Of a stretch of 64,000 bases of DNA, positions 60,656 through 64,000 are shown piece by piece. Below the pieces are notes generated by a model, which worked only from the letters and a program-made list of their open reading frames with translations, searched no databases and was not told the DNA's origin. Position 1 is the stretch's first letter, and each line of letters starts with the position of its first letter. The translations under genes and the position numbers were made by a program. The stretch is from Octopus sinensis (lineage: Eukaryota): assembly GCF_006345805.1 (NCBI RefSeq), contig NW_021836301.1:7186-71185 (forward strand), given 5' to 3'.

Positions 60656-61059
60656 ATATATAATATATATATATATATATTATTGCGTATTTTAATACGA
60701 CATGGACATGTGTATAAACGCACAGACACACACCAGAAGAAAAAAAAACACATACACTCACACACACACGGTAGCGATTAAGATTTTCATCCGTTGAATA
60801 TGTTGGATGTATGTGTACACAATAGAAATATTGATATATTGATTTATTAAATAGGCACAAGACCAGACATTTTTTTTTTATAAGGATAGGGAAAGAGGGA
60901 AGAATAGGCCTATTAGTCGATTAGAGCGGCCCCGAGTACTTGAAAGATAAAGGAATAAAGTAGATCACGGCAGGTTTTGAACTCAAAGCGTCAAGTACTA
61001 ATCACTAAATTGCAAACACGACATGGTTAAAGACGTATTACGTTGTCAGTGTGTGTGTG

Positions 61060-61094
61060 TGTGAAAATTATATATATATATATATCTATATATA

Positions 61095-61178
<84 letters not shown>

Positions 61179-62051
61179 ATTAATTGGAATTTATGTATAA
61201 ATATGTGTACGTTATATGTCACAGTAACAAGCGTGTATGCTAGTAATATGTGCGCACGCGGTTTATATTTTTGCGTTGCGCACACTCGTGTTTTGACATT
61301 TAATATATATAGACACACACACACACACTTGTGTGTATTTGTGTATGTTTGAACATGTACATACATAATAATCAGTTAAAAAACAACGAACAAATGTGTG
61401 TGTGTGTGTGCGTACGTATATGCATGGGTTCGTATGCATGTGGTGTATGCGAGTGCATGTCGAAAGCAAGTTTGAGGGAGTGCTCGAACATGCTTACACA
61501 TTGACAAGGTAAGAAACGCGCGTACACACACACACACGTGTATGTAATGTGTGTGTGTATGTGTAAACGTCTAAGTAAATCTCTACACAGACGTTTGTGC
61601 ATGTGTGTGTGTGTGTATGCATGTGTGTGTGTGTGTATGCATGTGTGCGAACAATACATAAATGTCATCACAACGCGTGTGTGTGTATGTATATGTATGT
61701 GTGCAAATGAATGTAGCAGTGTTGTGTATGACTTAAGAGCTTCGTCGGAATGCGACAATTATAAGTTTATGTATGTATATAAAAATATATATATATATAT
61801 ATATCTGTATATATGTATGTATGTGTATAAGTGAATGGATGTGTAAATGCGTGTGTGTAATTTTATCTGCTAGTTACGACTGAGACAATTAAATGCGTAT
61901 GCAAGTGTTTTCTATGAACATGTCAATGTGTGTATGTATGTATGTATGTGTGTGTGTGTGTGTGTCTTGTGATGTCGTGAGCGAGAAAATGTTTTTGAGA
62001 TGAATATGCGTTTCATGTCATCATTTCTCCCTTCTTTTCTCTCTCACTCTA

Positions 62052-62088
<37 letters not shown>

Positions 62089-62210
62089 GCACATGCTTAA
62101 CAGTGCGTGTGCCTGCATGTTGCCATCAGATAAAGAACTGCACAAAAGCATGTATGTATTCTTTTTCTGCGTGTGCATATATATATATATTATATATATA
62201 TATATATATA

Positions 62211-62254
<44 letters not shown>

Positions 62255-62585
62255 ATGTGTAAGTTAGTTTGTGAATATATATTATATATACGCAGACATA
62301 CACACATATCCATGTAACTACACGCATAAACATGCACATATCTACACAAACGTGTGTGTGTGTGCTTGTGTGTGTTTGGTTCAGTTTATGCATGTTGCCG
62401 TAAGCAAAACACACAACACACACACACACATATACAAATACACAGAAACACGTATACACACACACTTGTATGTATGTATGTATGTATGTGTGTTCATGCA
62501 CAAATGTAGCTTCGTTTCTATATAAGTATGTTGCCGTTAGCAAAAGAATCAAAAGTCACACACGCACGCACATACACATTATGTG

Positions 62586-62633
<48 letters not shown>

Positions 62634-62660
62634 AAGCGAGCGTGTGTGTATGATATGGCC
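61060..62660. repeat. Dense (TA)n/(TG)n/(CA)n microsatellite field
   Basis: Direct reading. Confidence 0.85.
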
Positions 62661-62780
62661 GTATGTGTACGTATACATAAGTGTAATGCAGTATTTTTCA
62701 AACTAAACAAGACAGGACTTTATCTTCAGGTAGCTTTTATCAAACCATCTCTTGTAAGTTATCATTCTCCCTCTTGCTTC

Positions 62781-62814
<34 letters not shown>

Positions 62815-63925
62815 CGTTCTCTCTTTCTCGCTCACTGTTATGTTGTCTCAGCATCTCTCCTCTTATCCCCCTCTCATACAGTTCACCCTTTCTCCATCAC
62901 TTGTTATTCTCCCCTCCCTTTATTTCTTTCACTCTCCTTTCGCCGTCATTTCCCGCTGTGCGATATTTTCTTTCCCCTTCTTTTTCTCTCTCCATCTTGT
63001 GTTGTCGTCTGCCTTTCTTTATCTCTCAACATATCAAATCATGTTACACACACACACACACACACGTATACATCTATATGTATAAATACATTAACATGCT
63101 CCGCCGTCTCATCATCTTTTCTGTTATCTGTTTGTCTTCTCTGTCTCTCCCGCTCTTCGTCTTCAAATTTTTATACACACGCAAACAACATATAACACAC
63201 ACACAAACACACATATACTAACGAGCAATCATTGCTTTAATATGGTTTGCTCAATAACCATGTGGTTCCGAGTTCGAATTTACTAAGCGGCAGGCACATT
63301 TCTTCAATCGAGTAGTGAGTGGATTTGGCGAACCGGAAACTGTGTAGAGGCCCAATATGTGTGTGTGTTATCGATTTTAAAATCTCATGTTTTTTTTGTT
63401 GTTGCTGTGATATCACACCATGTTCCGTAACATTGGAGATTCGACAAATAACTTTCGACAAAATACAGTTAGTGCCAGACTGTGAAGTCTATCTATCTAT
63501 CTATCTATCTATTATCTATCTCTCTATATCTATCTATCTAGCTATCTATTGGTCTGTCTGTCTATTTAATTTATCTTGTAAACTCTCTGTCATCAAGATA
63601 CCCCCAAATCCACCCCAGATACGCACGACGTTGTTATCCTTATCACCTCTCGGGTACGCGCAACAGCAATTAACTTACACACGCGCGCAGACACACACAT
63701 ACACACAACCCCGCCATTAAATTCCGCGGCCTGCTACTAAATTCATAATAATGCCGAGTCCGTTAGTTCGTTAAGAAAGAAACCTTTGCTCTACAACGTT
63801 ACAAAAATACAATTTACCTTGAGAACATAATTATTAATCTGCCTGTCTTGTCGGTAACTAAATGAGTGTGTGTGTGTGTATGTGTGTTGTACGCGCGTAT
63901 ATGTGTGTACATATATACACGTAGG

Positions 63926-63964
<39 letters not shown>

Positions 63965-64000
63965 ACAGAAATATAGAGAGATATGTTTCTTTATTAGCCA

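Noticed and set aside
123-63720. Most ORFs in the six-frame track (Ile/Tyr, His/Thr, Val/Cys, Leu/Ser, Arg/Glu runs)
   Set aside because: They are translations of (TA)n, (CA)n, (AGAT)n, (GA)n and trinucleotide repeats or of SINE bodies; similar peptides recur wherever the same SINE occurs.

Overview
This is AT-rich eukaryotic DNA made almost entirely of microsatellites and short repeats. The SINE families closely resemble those of octopus (cephalopod) genomes; that assignment is from recall, not a search. I find no intact multi-exon gene, no rRNA or tRNA gene and no CRISPR array, and nearly every ORF in the supplied track is a microsatellite or SINE artefact. The window contains: (1) dozens of tRNA-derived SINEs (informal families A, B and a modular alpha/beta head x X/Y/Z tail set), often stacked in same-orientation chains or multimers; (2) three decayed LINE ORF2 3' ends, one carrying two C2H2 fingers and one whose coding sequence has become a 31-bp tandem array; (3) hAT- and mariner-type MITEs, plus three TIR elements with related GG(C)RATCTTTCG-like termini; (4) a few weak minus-strand exon candidates in unique islands. 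The most interesting signal is a set of unrelated short repeats that each carry a minimal type I hammerhead-ribozyme fold with a loop-less palindromic stem III. This is the dimer-type architecture known from Penelope-like elements. One such fold is fused to a tRNA/Pol III head, and several sit at head-to-head inverted junctions. The folds are read directly from the sequence; their activity and their mobilisation by Penelope-like elements are inferences. Degenerate repeat boundaries are approximate (about +/-10-20 bp).
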